A DNA stretch of 64,000 nucleotides from Macrostomum hystrix (lineage: Eukaryota; Animalia; Platyhelminthes): positions 2,542,001 to 2,606,000 of the forward strand of contig CATNEN010000024.1 of the NCBI GenBank assembly GCA_950097015.1, written 5' to 3'. Numbering within the stretch: the first letter of the stretch is position 1; each line of letters starts with the position of its first letter. The position numbers and the translations under genes are program-made. Below, piece by piece: positions 12,472-25,900 of this stretch. The notes beneath the pieces are model-generated. The model saw only the letters and a program-made list of their open reading frames with translations, made no database searches and was not told where the DNA came from.

Positions 12472-15070
12472 ATGAGCAACTTGCACTACAAGAAAGATGG
12501 CTCGCTAGATATGCGCTACAGTTCTTCCAGGCAAGCTGCAGCATCTGCTTCTTCTGCTGCTCCGTACAGCTCGCAGCAGAGTTTTGCCATGCCCGCCACT
12601 TCCGCTGGATACTTCGGCGACGGGCTGCACTACAAGAAGGACGGCACACTGGACATGCGTTACAATAGTTCAAAACAGGCCATGGCGTCTTCTCAGTACT
12701 CGCCAAGGCCTTCAGCAGCCGCCTCACCGGCAGCACAGTATGGAAACGTCAGCGACGGGCTGCACTACAAGAAAGACGGCACACTGGACATGCGTTATAA
12801 CTCGTCAAAGCAGGCCATGGCATCTTACCAGAACTCGCCAAGGCCTTCAGCTGTTGCGTCACCGGCAGCACACGTTGGTGACGGGCTGCACTACAAGAAG
12901 GACGGCACTCTGGACATGCGTTACAATAGCTCAAAGCAGGCCATGAATGCTGGCGGCGCTGTTGCGAATCAATCCACGGCCAGTATCACGTCGCGTCTAG
13001 CCAGGATGAAAGTCGCTTCACCCGGCGGCTTTGGCATCCCGTCGAGCGTGCCAACTAAAAAAGACGGCACACCGGATATGCGCACAAGCGCCGCCAAGGC
13101 CTGGGTGGCCCAGCAGGCGGCCATTCATGGCCAGTGTCTGCCAGCCTGGGTGCCGCGGCTAAAAGACGGCACAATCAACGAGTTCAGTCCGATTGGCAGC
13201 GCCTACAAGAATGCTCTACCGCAGGCTATCAGTGTTCAATACGAGAAGGAAGATGATCAGCAGAGGCGCATGGAGTACTGGGCCCGCAAGATGCGCGACA
13301 ATCAGCTCTTTCAGACCCAGTTCGAGAGCCAGATGGAAGTGGACGTGCCGGCCCCGGCTCCGGCTCCGTCCGTCTACAACGAGTCTGTCGAGGAGTCGTC
13401 GGAGCTCATTGAAATCGAAAACGCTAACGAGTTGGAGACGATCGAAGTGATTGGCAAGGGCGGCTTTGGCGTTGTTGAAAAGGCCCGGTGGCGCGGCAGG
13501 CTGGTGGCTGTCAAACGGCTCCATCTGGATCGAATGACGCGAGCAGATACGAAGAACTTTCGAAGGGAGCTGAACATTGCTCGCACTCTGCACCTGTTCC
13601 AGCATCCCAACCTGGTGGCCACCCTCGCGTTCTGCATCCAACCGCCACTGCTGGTCATGGAGCTGCTGCAGTTCGGCAGCTTGGCCTTCTTGCTGCACTA
13701 CTGCGAGGACGCCGAGATCGAAGTGAAAATCTGCGACGGCCGCATCAAGCGAAACCTGGCCTACGGTATCGCCGATGGGATGCGTCAGCTGCACTCAGCT
13801 GAAATCTGCCACCGGTGAGGCTCACTGTAGGACAGGCTGTGGAAGAGCGGTAGTTCACTGTAGGACAGGCTGTGGAAGACCGGTAGTTCACTGTAGGACA
13901 GGCTGTGGAAGACCGGTAGTTCACTGGAGGACAGGCTGTGGAAGAGAGCGGTAGTTCACTGGAGGACAGGCTGTGGAAGAGCGGTAGTTCACTGGAGGAC
14001 AGGCTGTGGAAGAGCGGTAGTTCACTGGAGGACAGGCTGTGGAAGAGCGGTAGTTCACTGGAGGACAGGCTGTGGAAGAGAGCGGTAGTTCACTGGAGGA
14101 CAGGCTGTGGAAGAGAGCGGTAGTTCACTGGAGGACAGGCTGTGGAAGAGCGGTAGTTCACTGGAGGACAGGCTGTGGAAGAGAGCGGTAGTTCACTGGA
14201 GGACAGGCTGTGGAAGAGCGGTAGTTCACTGGAGGACAGGCTGTGGAAGAGCGGTAGTTCACTAGAGGACAGGCTGTGGAAGAGAGCGGTAGTTCACTAG
14301 AGGACAGGCTGTGGAAGAGAGCGGTAGTTCACTAGAGGACAGGCTGTGGAAGAGAGCGGTAGTTCACTAGAGGACAGGCTGTGGAAGAGAGCGGTAGTTC
14401 ACTAGAGGACAGGCTGTGGAAGAGAGCGGTAGTTCACTAGAGGACAGGCTGTGGAAGAGAGCGGTAGTTCACTAGAGGACAGGCTGTGGAAGAGAGCGGT
14501 AGTTCACTGGAGGACAGGCTGTGGAAGCAGAAAGGACAAACACGAATCAATCGGCATCGCAGGGATCTGAAGCCACAGAATGTGCTGATCACGGACACTT
14601 GGTCGGCTAAGGTCGGCGACTTTGGCTTGGCTGAGCTGCGTGACTTCACGTCGTGCACGGTGGCCACGGAGAATCTCAAGGAGGACGACCAGCAGACGGT
14701 GCACAACCCGGCGGGGACTGCGGCCTACATGGCGCCAGAGCTGCTGAATTCTACAAAGGCCTGCGACTACAACTGCGACGTGTACTCTTACGGCATCCTG
14801 CTCAACGAGCTTATCTCGGAGGAGCAGCCGTACAGCGGCCAGATGCGGATGTTCGGCGGCCGTGGACCCTACGGCGCTGCCAACTATGCCAGCATGGGCA
14901 ACCGGCCCACGCTGGCCCGCGGCATTAACGAGCAGGTCAGCGGCCTCATCAAACGATGCTGGCACGCGGAACCGAAATGCCGTCCGAAATTTGAGGAAGT
15001 CATGCGCTGCATTGAGGATGGCCGGTTCGTGATACCGAACGGCGGCGGCCTGGTGAGCCGGAGCAGTTAG
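12472..15070 (+). CDS. TKL-group Ser/Thr protein kinase with N-terminal HYKKDG(T/S)LDMRY repeats (616 aa)
   Basis: join(12472..13814,14563..15070). A phase-2 GT-AG intron splits the Arg of HRD, and splicing restores HRDLKPQN. GKGGFG, VAVK, DFG, YMAPE and DVYSYG are all intact. AATAAA at 15176. Confidence 0.92.
13822..14527. repeat. 33/35-bp minisatellite CTGGAGGACAGGCTGTGGAAGAGCGGTAGTTCA
   Basis: About 21 units occupying almost the whole kinase intron. Confidence 0.97.
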
Positions 15071-15231
15071 CGAAATCGTCTCTGCTCCTCCAAGGTTAAA
15101 TCGAACTTCACGATCTGTCGCGCCATTATAGCGACTTGAAACTCTGCTTGCCAGACTGCCTAAATTGAATTTTAGAATAAACAGGCAATAATAATAATAT
15201 TTATTCTGATGCTTTTGAATTGCTTGCTTTG

Positions 15232-15400
15232 GCGGCGAGGCCACATGTACATTTAGGCCGCAGCCGCTGAGAGAAGGCTTAGGGGCTTGTCGTTTAATTT
15301 ACGCCCTTGAAGGCCAAACTCCAAGGCACAGTGAAGGTGTACACTGCCTGACGATGAGAGAGAAATTCAGAGCACTTGTGTGAGTGTGTGCCTGTGTGTG
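15232..15400 (+). mobile_element. SINE family 1, internal fragment
   Basis: GCGGCGAGGCCAC...GCAGCCGC..GAGAAGGCTT...GTGTACACTGCCTGACGATGAG aligns with the other copies. Confidence 0.75.
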
Positions 15401-15589
15401 AACTTTTGAAGTAAGACGCAATGATTGAAGGTAGAACCACTATGAATAATATCCTGTGGGTAGTAATCATAAACTCGTTTCATTTATTTCCCGAATCTTG
15501 ACTTAAAATAAAACGCGCAAGCTACTACTAAAAAGTTACGAGTAGTTGGTATGAAAGAAGAGCGAATAATAAAGTGTACTTAACTTTTA

Positions 15590-15960
15590 GCTGGGAGGGA
15601 GAAAGAGAAGCAGATAGGAAAAGAGAGAGGCAGGGAGGGATAGAGGCTGGGAGGAAGAGGGGCTGGGAGGAAGAGGGGCTGGGAGAAATGGAGGCTGGGA
15701 GAAAGAGAGGCTGGGAGAAAGAGGGGCTGGGAGGAAGAGGGGATGGGAGAAAGAGAGGCTGGGAGGAAGAGGGGCTGGGAGAAAGAAGGGATGGGAGAAA
15801 GAGAGGCTGGGAGGAAGAGGGGATGGGAGAAAGAGAGGCTGGGAGGAAGAGGGGAAGGGAGGAAGAGGGGCTGGGAGGAAGAGGGGATGGGAGGAAGACT
15901 TGGAGAAAGAGAGGCTGGGAGAAAGAGGGGATGGGTGAAAGAGAGGCTGGGAGAAAGATG
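15590..15960. repeat. Purine-rich repeat (GAGGCTGGGAGGAAGAGGGG-like)
   Basis: Direct reading. Confidence 0.85.
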
Positions 15961-17324
15961 AGGCGATTATCAACAATATTTTGCTTTTCATTAGTGCTGC
16001 CCTTGGCTTGCTAAATGATGTTGTGAGTTTAGAAAGCAATTTAATAGAGTGAGCTCACCAAGATGCAGGCAAGTTAAGACTTGAATCATTGATTGAGTTA
16101 ATCGATCAGGACCAGCTCAGATAATTTTTATTTAAAAGGCAGCTAAGGTGCTCCGTGTGAGTTTGCTCAAGTAGCCAATCAAGTAGAGAGGAGACTATGA
16201 CGATACCTTCATTCTCGTCCATTAATTTAACTTACCTTTTTCCAAGCCAAAGTTAATCAATGGATTACTGAGGGCAGCCAAGATAGGTTTGTTGATGCTA
16301 GGTTCTGTTGAAATAACTGTATTAAATAGTAAGGTGTTGTACTTTAATTGCATACATTATTCTACCAAAAGAAAGCTAAAAAAGTACGTTTTTTCAGTGA
16401 CGGAAACGTTTAGTTTTAAGACAGTATTTTGGTTTGGCTTTATTAAACTTCTGCTCAATTAGGATAATAAATATTCCGCTAACACTGAAAGTCAACAGCA
16501 TCCTGAAGGCTTCAAAGCAAAACTGAATTCGCCCCAGGGTCAGCGTTTGAGCTGAGAAGTCAAAGAGGTCACCGAGGGCAAAGCTTGGGGATAACGGGAA
16601 GGCTTTGTGCAGGAATTAGTTTGCGAAATTGGGCCCGGGGGGACAGCTCGAGGATCAGCAACTCAAGGCCGCCTCAGATAATAGGGATTGATAAAAGAAG
16701 CTAGTTGGTATTTAAGTCGCTAGGAAATTAGTCCAAAAGAAGACAAAAAAATACGCGTCACCCTAATTTTAAAATAAAGCAAAAAAAATAAAATAATTTC
16801 CAATCAAGAAAAAATCCTTCTTAAATTGCCTCGTGGAAAATAGAGAAAAGCGCTTTCACTTTCTAGGAAATAGCGAGCAGATGCTCACAACGCGCGCCAG
16901 ATGGAATAAAAGTCAGGCCTGGGAAGATAAGCATTCAAGAACTACTGTGCCTCGCTCGGGCCAGCGGTTCCGCACAGACCATGGCCTGCATTAAATATTT
17001 ATGGTTGGTCCACACTTAACTAGCCAATGAGAGCTACCAGAGACACTGCCCCAGCTGTCTCTCTTGGACAGTAGTTGCCGAGCTACATTTTGACAGACAA
17101 TAGTCAACTAAGCTGGAATCCAGACTGCTGGGGCATCGATTGGACCGCAGGACCTTCTACTGACCCACTGAACGCGCCAAGTAAGTAGCAGTTATGCACC
17201 GCTAAAAGGTTCCAGGTTATGTAATGTAGTTCCCAAGTTTTCTATTTTCATGATACTCGGCCGGGTAAGGGAATTAGTAGGAAGGGAATTAATAAGGGAA
17301 ATGTAGGAAGTTACCCACGGGTCA

Positions 17325-18170
17325 TAGAGAATCATCTCGGGTTATAGAGAATCATCTCGGGTTATAGAGAATCATCTCGGGTTATAGAGAATAATCTCGG
17401 GTTATAGAGAATCATCTCGGGTTATAGAGAATAATCTCGGGTTATAGAGAATCATCTCGGGTTATAGAGAATAATCTCGGGTTATAGAGAATCATCTCGG
17501 GTTATAGGGAATCATCTCGGGTTATAGAGAATAATCTCGGGTTATAGAGAATCATCTCGGGTTATAGGGAATCATCTCGGGTTATAGAGAATCATCTCGG
17601 GTTATAGAGAATCATCTCGGGTTATAGGGAATCATCTCGGGTTATAGAGAATCATCTCGGGTTATAGGGAATCATCTCGGGTTATAGAGAATCATCTCGG
17701 GTTATAGAGAATCATCTCGGGTTATAGGGAATCATCTCGGGTTATAGAGAATCATCTCGGGTTATAGGGAATCATCTCGGGTTATAGAGAATCATCTCGG
17801 GTTATAGAGAATCATCTCGGGTTATAGGGAATCATCTCGGGTTATAGAGAATCATCTCGGGTTATAGAGAATCATCTCGGGTTATAGGGAATCATCTCGG
17901 GTTATAGAGAATCATCTCGGGTTATAGAGAATCATCTCGGGTTATAGAGAATCACCCAAGGTCATAGAGAATCACGGCCTGAGTCATAGAGAATCACCCT
18001 GAGTCATAGAGAATCACCCTGAGTCATAGAGAATCACCCTGAGTCATAGAGAATCACCCTGAGTCATAGAGAATCACCCTGAGTCATAGAGAATCACCCA
18101 AGGTCATAGAGAATCACCCAAGGTCACAGAGAATCACCCAAGGTCATAGAGAATCACCCGAGGTCATCGG
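17325..18170. repeat. 20-bp minisatellite GGGTTATAGAGAATCATCTC grading into GAGTCATAGAGAATCACCC(T) variants
   Basis: About 31 homogeneous units, then about 11 variant units. Confidence 0.95.
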
Positions 18171-18699
18171 TCATAAGGACTTACCATCTGTAGCTTTCTT
18201 ACAATTATTTAAGACTGCTTAGTCATAGAGACCACATGATGGTAACTCAACTCACTACTATTCTCAAAATCAGTCATATAGCCAGGTCATTGTAAATTCA
18301 TTTGCCTGGTCACGCATAAGATTATCCATTCAAACTGGCAGTTTAAGTTAATCAGCTTGAACGCAAAAATGTTTTGTTGTATCGGAAAAAAATGAGGCCA
18401 ATTTAGAGCATCAGGCTTACAATCGTTTCACTGCAACCATAAATCATAATGAGGGCTGACAAAAATGTGAGCTTCTAAATAATCACCTGGTTTTTATGCA
18501 TGTCCTAGCCAGAAATCACATTTTTATGTTCTTAAGCAAGACCGCTGACCCGGAGTTAGCGAAGTTGTAGTCAAATTCTGGATTTTATTCGACTAAAATT
18601 TACGATGGCCTTGGGTGCATCTGCAGAACAGACTCTGGATTAGAGGGCAAAGGAACAATGACTAGGGGGAAAATATTTACTCGATGACCAGTGTGAGAG

Positions 18700-20720
18700 A
18701 AGTCACTCTATAACCAGGAGAAGAAGAGTCACTCCATGACCAAGAGAAGAGTCACTCCATGACCAAGAGAAGAGTCACTCCATGACCAAGAGAATAGTCA
18801 CTCCATGACCAGGAGAAGAAGAGTCACCCCATGACCAAGAGAAGAGTCACTCCATGACCAGGAGAAGATTCACTCCATGACCAAGAGAAGAGTCACTCCA
18901 TGACCAGGAGAAGAAGAGTCACCCTATGACCAAGAGAAGAGTCACTCTATGACCAATAGAAGAGTCACCCTATGACCAAGAGAAGAGTCACTCTATGACC
19001 AAGAGAAGAGTCACTCTATGACCAAGAGAAGAGTCACTCTATGACCAAGAGAAGAGTCACTCCATGACCAAGAGAAGAGTCACTCCATGACCAAGAGAAG
19101 AGTCACTCCATGACCAAGAGAAGAGTCACTCCATGACCAAGAGAAGAGTCACTCCATGACCAGGAGAAGAAGAGTCACCCCATGACCAAGAGAAGAGTCA
19201 CTCCATGACCAGGAGAAGAAGAGTCACCCTATGACCAAGAGAAGAGTCACTCTATGACCAATAGAAGAGTCACCCTATGACCAAGAGAAGAGTCACTCTA
19301 TGACCAAGAGAAGAGTCATTCCATGACCAAGAGAAGAGTCACTCTATGACCAAGAGAAGAGTCACCCTATGACCAAGAGAAGAGTCACTCTATGACCAAG
19401 AGAAGAGTCACTCTATGACCAAGAGAAGAGTCACTCTATGACCAAGAGAAGAGTCACTCTATGACCAATAGAAGAGTCACCCTATGACCAAGAGAAGAGT
19501 CACTCCATGACCAAGAGAAGAGTCACTCCATGACCAAGAGAAGAGTCACTCTATGACCAATAGAAGAGTCACCCTATGACCAAGAGAAGAGTCACTCCAT
19601 GACCAAGAGAAGAGTCACTCCATGACCAAGAGAAGAGTCACTCCATGACCAGGAGAAGAAGAGTCACCCCATGACCAAGAGAAGAGTCACTCCATGACCA
19701 GGAGAAGATTCACTCCATGACCAAGAGAAGAGTCACTCCATGACCAGGAGAAGAAGAGTCACCCTATGACCGAGAGAAGAGTCACTCTATGACCAATAGA
19801 AGAGTCACCCTATGACCAAGAGAAGAGTCACTCTATGACCAAGAGAAGAGTCACCCTATGACCAAGAGAAGAGTCACTCTATGACCAAGTGAAGAGTCAC
19901 TCTATGACCAAGAGAAGAGTCACTCTATGACCAAGAGAAGAGTCACTCTATGACCAAGAGAAGAGTCACTCTATGACCAAGAGAAGAGTCACTCTATGAC
20001 CAAGAGAAGAGTCACTCTATGACCAAGAGAAGAGTCACTCCATGACCAAGAGAAGAGTCACTCTATGACCAAGAGAAGAGTCACTCTATGACCAATAGAA
20101 GAGTCACCCTATGACCAAGAGAAGAGTCACTCCATGACCAAGAGAAGAGTCACTCCATGACCAAGAGAAGAGTCACTCCATGACCAGGAGAAGAAGAGTC
20201 ACCCCATGACCAAGAGAAGAGTCACTCCATGACCAGGAGAAGATTCACTCCATGACCAGGAGAAGATTCACTCCATGACCAAGAGAAGAGTCACTCCATG
20301 ACCAGGAGAAGAAGAGTCACCCTATGACCAAGAGAAGAGTCACTCTATGACCAAGAGAAGAGTCACCCTATGACCAAGAGAAGAGTCACTCTATGACCAA
20401 GAGAAGAGTCACTCTATGACCAAGAGAAGAGTCACTCTATGACCAAGAGAAGAGTCACTCTATGACCAAGAGAAGAGTCACTCTATGACCAAGAGAAGAG
20501 TCACTCTATGACCAAGAGAAGAGTCACTCTATGACCAAGAGAAGAGTCACTCTATGACCAAGAGAAGAGTCACTCTATGACCAAGAGAAAAGTCACTCTA
20601 TGACCAAGAGAAGAGTCACTCTATGACCAAGAGAAGAGTCACTCTATGACCAAGAGAAGAGTCACTCTATGACCAAGAGAAGAGTCACTCTATGACCAAG
20701 AGAAGAGTCACTTTATAACT
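18700..20720. repeat. 23-bp minisatellite ATGACCAAGAGAAGAGTCACTC(C/T), with 26-bp variants
   Basis: About 85 units with recurring variant blocks. Confidence 0.96.
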
Positions 20721-21269
20721 CAATGATAAAAAGAGGAAGAGTCACTCTGTGACCCAAACAGGGAGAAAAGTCACTCAATGAAAAAAAAGAAAGGTCACTC
20801 TATGACAAGAAGGAGAAGGGCAGTTAAGGTCATCTTTCTATGACTGAAATAGCTTGTCATCGATAGCATAAATCAGACAAGGGACCAACGTGACGAATCT
20901 CCCAAAGCAGAATTTTTTTATCTATTCTCCACAGCAACGCCCCCCCCCCGGATAAGCAAATAGAATCGTGCGAGTTCAGGCAGCTAACGCAGGTGTCCAA
21001 CTCAGCGCAACAAAAGCTTCAACTAAAAGCGAAGGCAGGAGGGACTTCAGAAACGGTTGAGCAAATGCGCTCCGCCCAGCCGCAGAAAATAGGCAGATAG
21101 AGCGGGAATCCAAACCTGCATTGCTCGCTTTGCACACCTGGGCCTCACGCTGCGTTCCCACCTTTAACTGGTTGGCTTGACTTTCGCCAGGCACTCTGTT
21201 GCTTTCAGTATTTTACTATCACCTGTCTATCAGCCAACTATTCTATCCACCAGACTAACAAATATCTTA

Positions 21270-21672
21270 CACACATCTATCTGCGAATCTACACATCTAT
21301 CTGCGAATCTAAGCATCTATCTGCGAAATTAGACATCTATCAGCGAATCTACATAATTTCTTGCGAATCAACACATGTTTCTGAGAATTTGCACATCTTT
21401 TTGAGAAACGACACATATTACTGCGAAATAAAACATCTATCTGCGAATCTACACAGTTATCCACGAATTTACTAATATCTCTGCCAAATTAAACATTTTC
21501 CTGCGAATCTACACTTCTATCTGCGAATCTACACATTTATCTGCGAATCTACACAGCTATATGCGAATCTACACATCTATCTGCGAATCTACACATCTAT
21601 CTGCCAATCTAGACATTTTCCTGCGAATCTATACGCCGATGTGCGAATCAAAACATCTATCTGCGATCTATC
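21270..21672. repeat. Degenerate 20-bp repeat ACATCTATCTGCGAATCTAC
   Basis: About 20 diverged units. Confidence 0.85.
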
Positions 21673-22163
21673 TGCTGACATACCAGTCACTGACTTCACA
21701 TTTTCCAATAGCGTCAATTGCAACAAGGCACCGTACAAGAATAGTTCTGCCTTTCTTTTGCTCTTCCTACAAAAATCACCGCTCACACCATGTTTCTTTG
21801 TTGGGGCGAGGCATTGTTTCTTTGAATTAAATAGGCACTCCATTTTTTCGCAGACAAGTGCCTTAAATCACTGATTGGAATAGCTTTAGAAATCAAAGAA
21901 ATCAATAAGCAGGAAAACAAAAGAAACTACGTTGGCGAAATATCTCAACTGGTTTCGTCCTGTACAGCACAAACCCACAGCTCTCATAGGATTAGTTGAG
22001 ATTGCCTGGAAACAAGCGAGCATTATCCCGGGCCCAAAGTCACTTTGATTAGACGCATCAGTTAGATCTGGTTATTTAGTCACGCAAGCCTCAATCAGCT
22101 CCATGATCCGGTAGATTCAAAGACCCTATTGATCATGATGCCTTCTCGTTCCTACGTTAGAAG

Positions 22164-22470
22164 CAACTGACAGACACATAAATACAGACTGACAACTGAC
22201 AGACACATAAATACAGACTGACAACTGACAGACACATAAATACAGACTGACAGCTGACAGACACATAAATACAGACTGACAGCTGACAGACACATAAATA
22301 CAGAATGACAACTGACAGACATATAAATACAGACTGACAACTGACAGACACATAAATACAGACTGACAACTGACAGACACATAAATACAGACTGACAACT
22401 GACAGACACATAAATACAGACTGACAACTGACAGACACATAAATACAGACTGATGACTGACAGACACGGA
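22164..22470. repeat. 29-bp minisatellite ACTGACAGACACATAAATACAGACTGACA
   Basis: About 10 units abutting the (CAGA)n tract. Confidence 0.93.
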
Positions 22471-22479
22471 GAGATAGAC

Positions 22480-22507
22480 AGACAACTAACAGGCAGACAG
22501 ACAGACT

Positions 22508-22539
<32 letters not shown>

Positions 22540-22578
22540 GTCAGACAGTCAGACAGACAGACAGACAGTCAGACAGTC

Positions 22579-22639
<61 letters not shown>

Positions 22640-22718
22640 GTCAGACAGACAGTCAGACAGACAGACAGACAGTCAGACAGTCAGACAGACAGACAGACAG
22701 ACAGTCAGACAGACATTC

Positions 22719-22751
<33 letters not shown>

Positions 22752-22754
22752 TTC

Positions 22755-22791
<37 letters not shown>

Positions 22792-22910
22792 GTCAGACAG
22801 ACAGACAGACAGACAGACAGACAGTCAGACAGTCAGACAGACAGACAGACAGACAGTCAGACAGTCAGACAGTCAGACAGACAGACAGACAGACAGACAT
22901 TCAGACAGTC

Positions 22911-22955
<45 letters not shown>

Positions 22956-22970
22956 GTCAGACAGACAGTC

Positions 22971-23007
<37 letters not shown>

Positions 23008-23202
23008 GTCAGACAGACAGACAGTCAGACAGACAGTCAGACAGTCAGACAGACAGACAGACAGACAGACAGACATTCAGACAGTCAGACAGACAGACAG
23101 ACAGTCAGACAGTCAGACAGTCAGACAGACAGACAGACAGACAGACATTCAGACAGTCAGACAGACAGACAGACAGTCAGACAGTCAGACAGTCAGACAG
23201 TC

Positions 23203-23235
<33 letters not shown>

Positions 23236-23306
23236 GTCAGACAGACAGTCAGACAGACAGACAGACAGACAGACATTCAGACAGTCAGACAGTCAGACAG
23301 ACAGTC

Positions 23307-23339
<33 letters not shown>

Positions 23340-23434
23340 GTCAGACAGACAGTCAGACAGACAGACAGACAGACAGACATTCAGACAGTCAGACAGACAG
23401 ACAGACAGTCAGACAGTCAGACAGTCAGACAGTC

Positions 23435-23467
<33 letters not shown>

Positions 23468-23562
23468 GTCAGACAGACAGTCAGACAGACAGACAGACAG
23501 ACAGACATTCAGACAGTCAGACAGACAGACAGACAGTCAGACAGTCAGACAGTCAGACAGTC

Positions 23563-23595
<33 letters not shown>

Positions 23596-23668
23596 GTCAG
23601 ACAGACAGTCAGACAGACAGACAGACAGACAGACATTCAGACAGTCAGACAGTCAGACAGACAGACAG
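22480..23668. repeat. (CAGA)n microsatellite with CAGT/CATT variants
   Basis: Direct reading. Confidence 0.97.
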
Positions 23669-24744
23669 GCATTGCGCAAAAATACTTTGCCTCAAATCTT
23701 GAAATTCCCTATTAGAAATCCGTCTGTAGGCATTTTTAATTAATGAATGGCGGACCCCATTGGGATTGTTTGATACGAAAACCCCTAGCGATTTCTTCAC
23801 AGACCAGAAACTTTCTCAAGCTGTTAAAAGCCAAGTATTGAGTCGTAATTGCTGACAGCCTTTAAAAAAGCAGCAAATTTATTCTGCTCACGCTGCTCTC
23901 ATTGGGGCTGCTGCCGATTGAGCAGCCTCTTGATTGGTCAGACAGGTCATTTCCGGTCCTCGAGATTCGAAACTAAAAATTGAGTAAAAAAACCCTGGCC
24001 AAATTAATTAATCTCATTATGTCCCTCGGGGGGGGGATTTCAGGTTTTTATCGCTTAACTCCGATGGATATCAGCTTTCTGTTTAAAAGTACACACATCT
24101 AGAGATTCATCGCTAGCTAGCTAACCCAGAGGGTCGCAGTGTGTGCTTCATTTCATATTTTTTAGCTTCGGAGAAGTGAAACTGGACTGGATGGGTCCTG
24201 TGTCAGTGTCAATACCACCCGCCTCCCATCTTCCTCTATGCCACTTATGGCATATAGTGCGCGCGAGAATATAGCTTTCAACGACCAATGCTTTATTGGG
24301 AAACAGATAGAAAGGATTTGCAAGTCCGGTTATACATTTAAAGTTCGGGAGTTTGGATTTACATAGCTTGATATTTGAATTTCGTGAAAGTGCTTCTTTA
24401 GCGTCTAGTCTTTCAGCTTTCAACTATTAGACTGACGGCTGGTTGGCTTGGCCGCACGCCTAATTTTTATTCCAAGAAACACGTCAATCTGGACAACATA
24501 TACAGCGGCATGCACTGATTGCAGCATTCTGGGGAGCACTTGAAAATCTATAGTGCACTGCACAGTAGCTGATATTTGTCTAGCTTAATTCTTCTTTTCA
24601 AGTGGAACATCAGTGGGCTCTGCCAAATCTGGCTTTGCCAAATCTAATTCTGCTTGTCAAATTAACTCAGACTTTCACTCTGGCAGTAGAAATTTTATTT
24701 ATTCTATTCTATAATCCATCGATCTTAATTTCGTTTTTTACTCA

Positions 24745-24962
24745 CTTGAATCTCATTCTGATTCTCACCCACCTTCTGAATAACTTTCTGATTCTCAACC
24801 ACCTTCTGAATCCCTTTCTGAGTCTCACCCACCTGAATCTCATTCTGATTCTCACCCACCTCCTAAATCTCATTCTGATTCTCACCCACCTCCTAAATCT
24901 CATTCTGATTCTCACCCACCTGAATCTCATTCTGATTCTGACCCACCTGAATCACATTCTGA
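24745..24962. repeat. 27/30-bp repeat AATCTCATTCTGATTCTCACCCACCT(CCT)
   Basis: About 8 units. Confidence 0.8.
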
Positions 24963-25625
24963 CTCTGCAACAGTTATCCCATATCCTACGCTCAGCAATG
25001 GACAGTTTTACTCGCGCAAGTCATTTCTCATGCAGAAGTCAGGGCTCTCTCTATTTTTTAGCCTACAGGAGAATTTTAGTTGTCAGCGGCTCACACGACA
25101 GCAGTGAGTGAGTGAGCACATGAAACTGAGTCCATCAGACTCTCTCCAGCTACCACAGCCTTTGCTGACAGTCCAAACTGGGGTGATGACACGGATCTTC
25201 CATTTCGCGCCCTGGAGATAACACTTCTAACCCCCCGGGGGGATCTAGCAGGAAGAGGTGTCAGACGGAATAGTCCATGGGATTTCAGCAGCATCTGAGT
25301 GTGGGAAGAGACTGAGCACTTTGGGATTGGGCGAGTTAGTGAGTGAATGCGTGACACAAACACAGAGCAGCTTTGGACTGAAGTGGTTCTTCCGCTGCAG
25401 TCAATGTCAAATAGCCAGCTAAAGTAAAAGAAGAATTTATTATTCTTGGCATCTTCTTGTAGAGGCAGCAGTTGCAAGTTCTGTTTTTTGTGGAATTCTG
25501 ATAGAATCCGCTTGTTTCATTGCGAGTGCTAATATGGACACTCTCGCTAACTCTCCCTAGTTCTCAGCTATAAGCCTATGCAACGGTACACTGTACAAAA
25601 TTACTCCATTTTGAGTATTGTCCAG

Positions 25626-25900
25626 AGTGGGAGAGTGGCAGAGTGGGTTTACGCGTTTGCCTCTCGCACCAAGGTCCCTGAGCTCGGTTCCCCGATTATT
25701 TGGTGGCTTGTCGTGCAATTTACGACCTTGAGGGTCAAAGTGAAGTGTACACTGCCTGACGATGAGAAAGTCAGGGCAGATGTACACACCTGTGTGAGCG
25801 TATGCCTGCGTACGGTATCTGTGTGCGTGTGTGCTCAGGAGTCAGCGAAATGGGCAGAATTGCATCCTCGCTGGCTGCGGGTCTAGTGTCACGATTGCCC
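25626..25900 (+). mobile_element. SINE family 1 copy with internal and 3' deletions
   Basis: tRNA-like head GAGTGGCAGAGTGG...CACCAAGGTCCC; body and 3' region align with copy 2057-2421. Confidence 0.82.

Noticed and set aside
24600-25110. ESHSDSHPP repeat with 3-bp length variants as a coding exon
   Set aside because: In-frame stops upstream and within the repeat; no recognisable domain.
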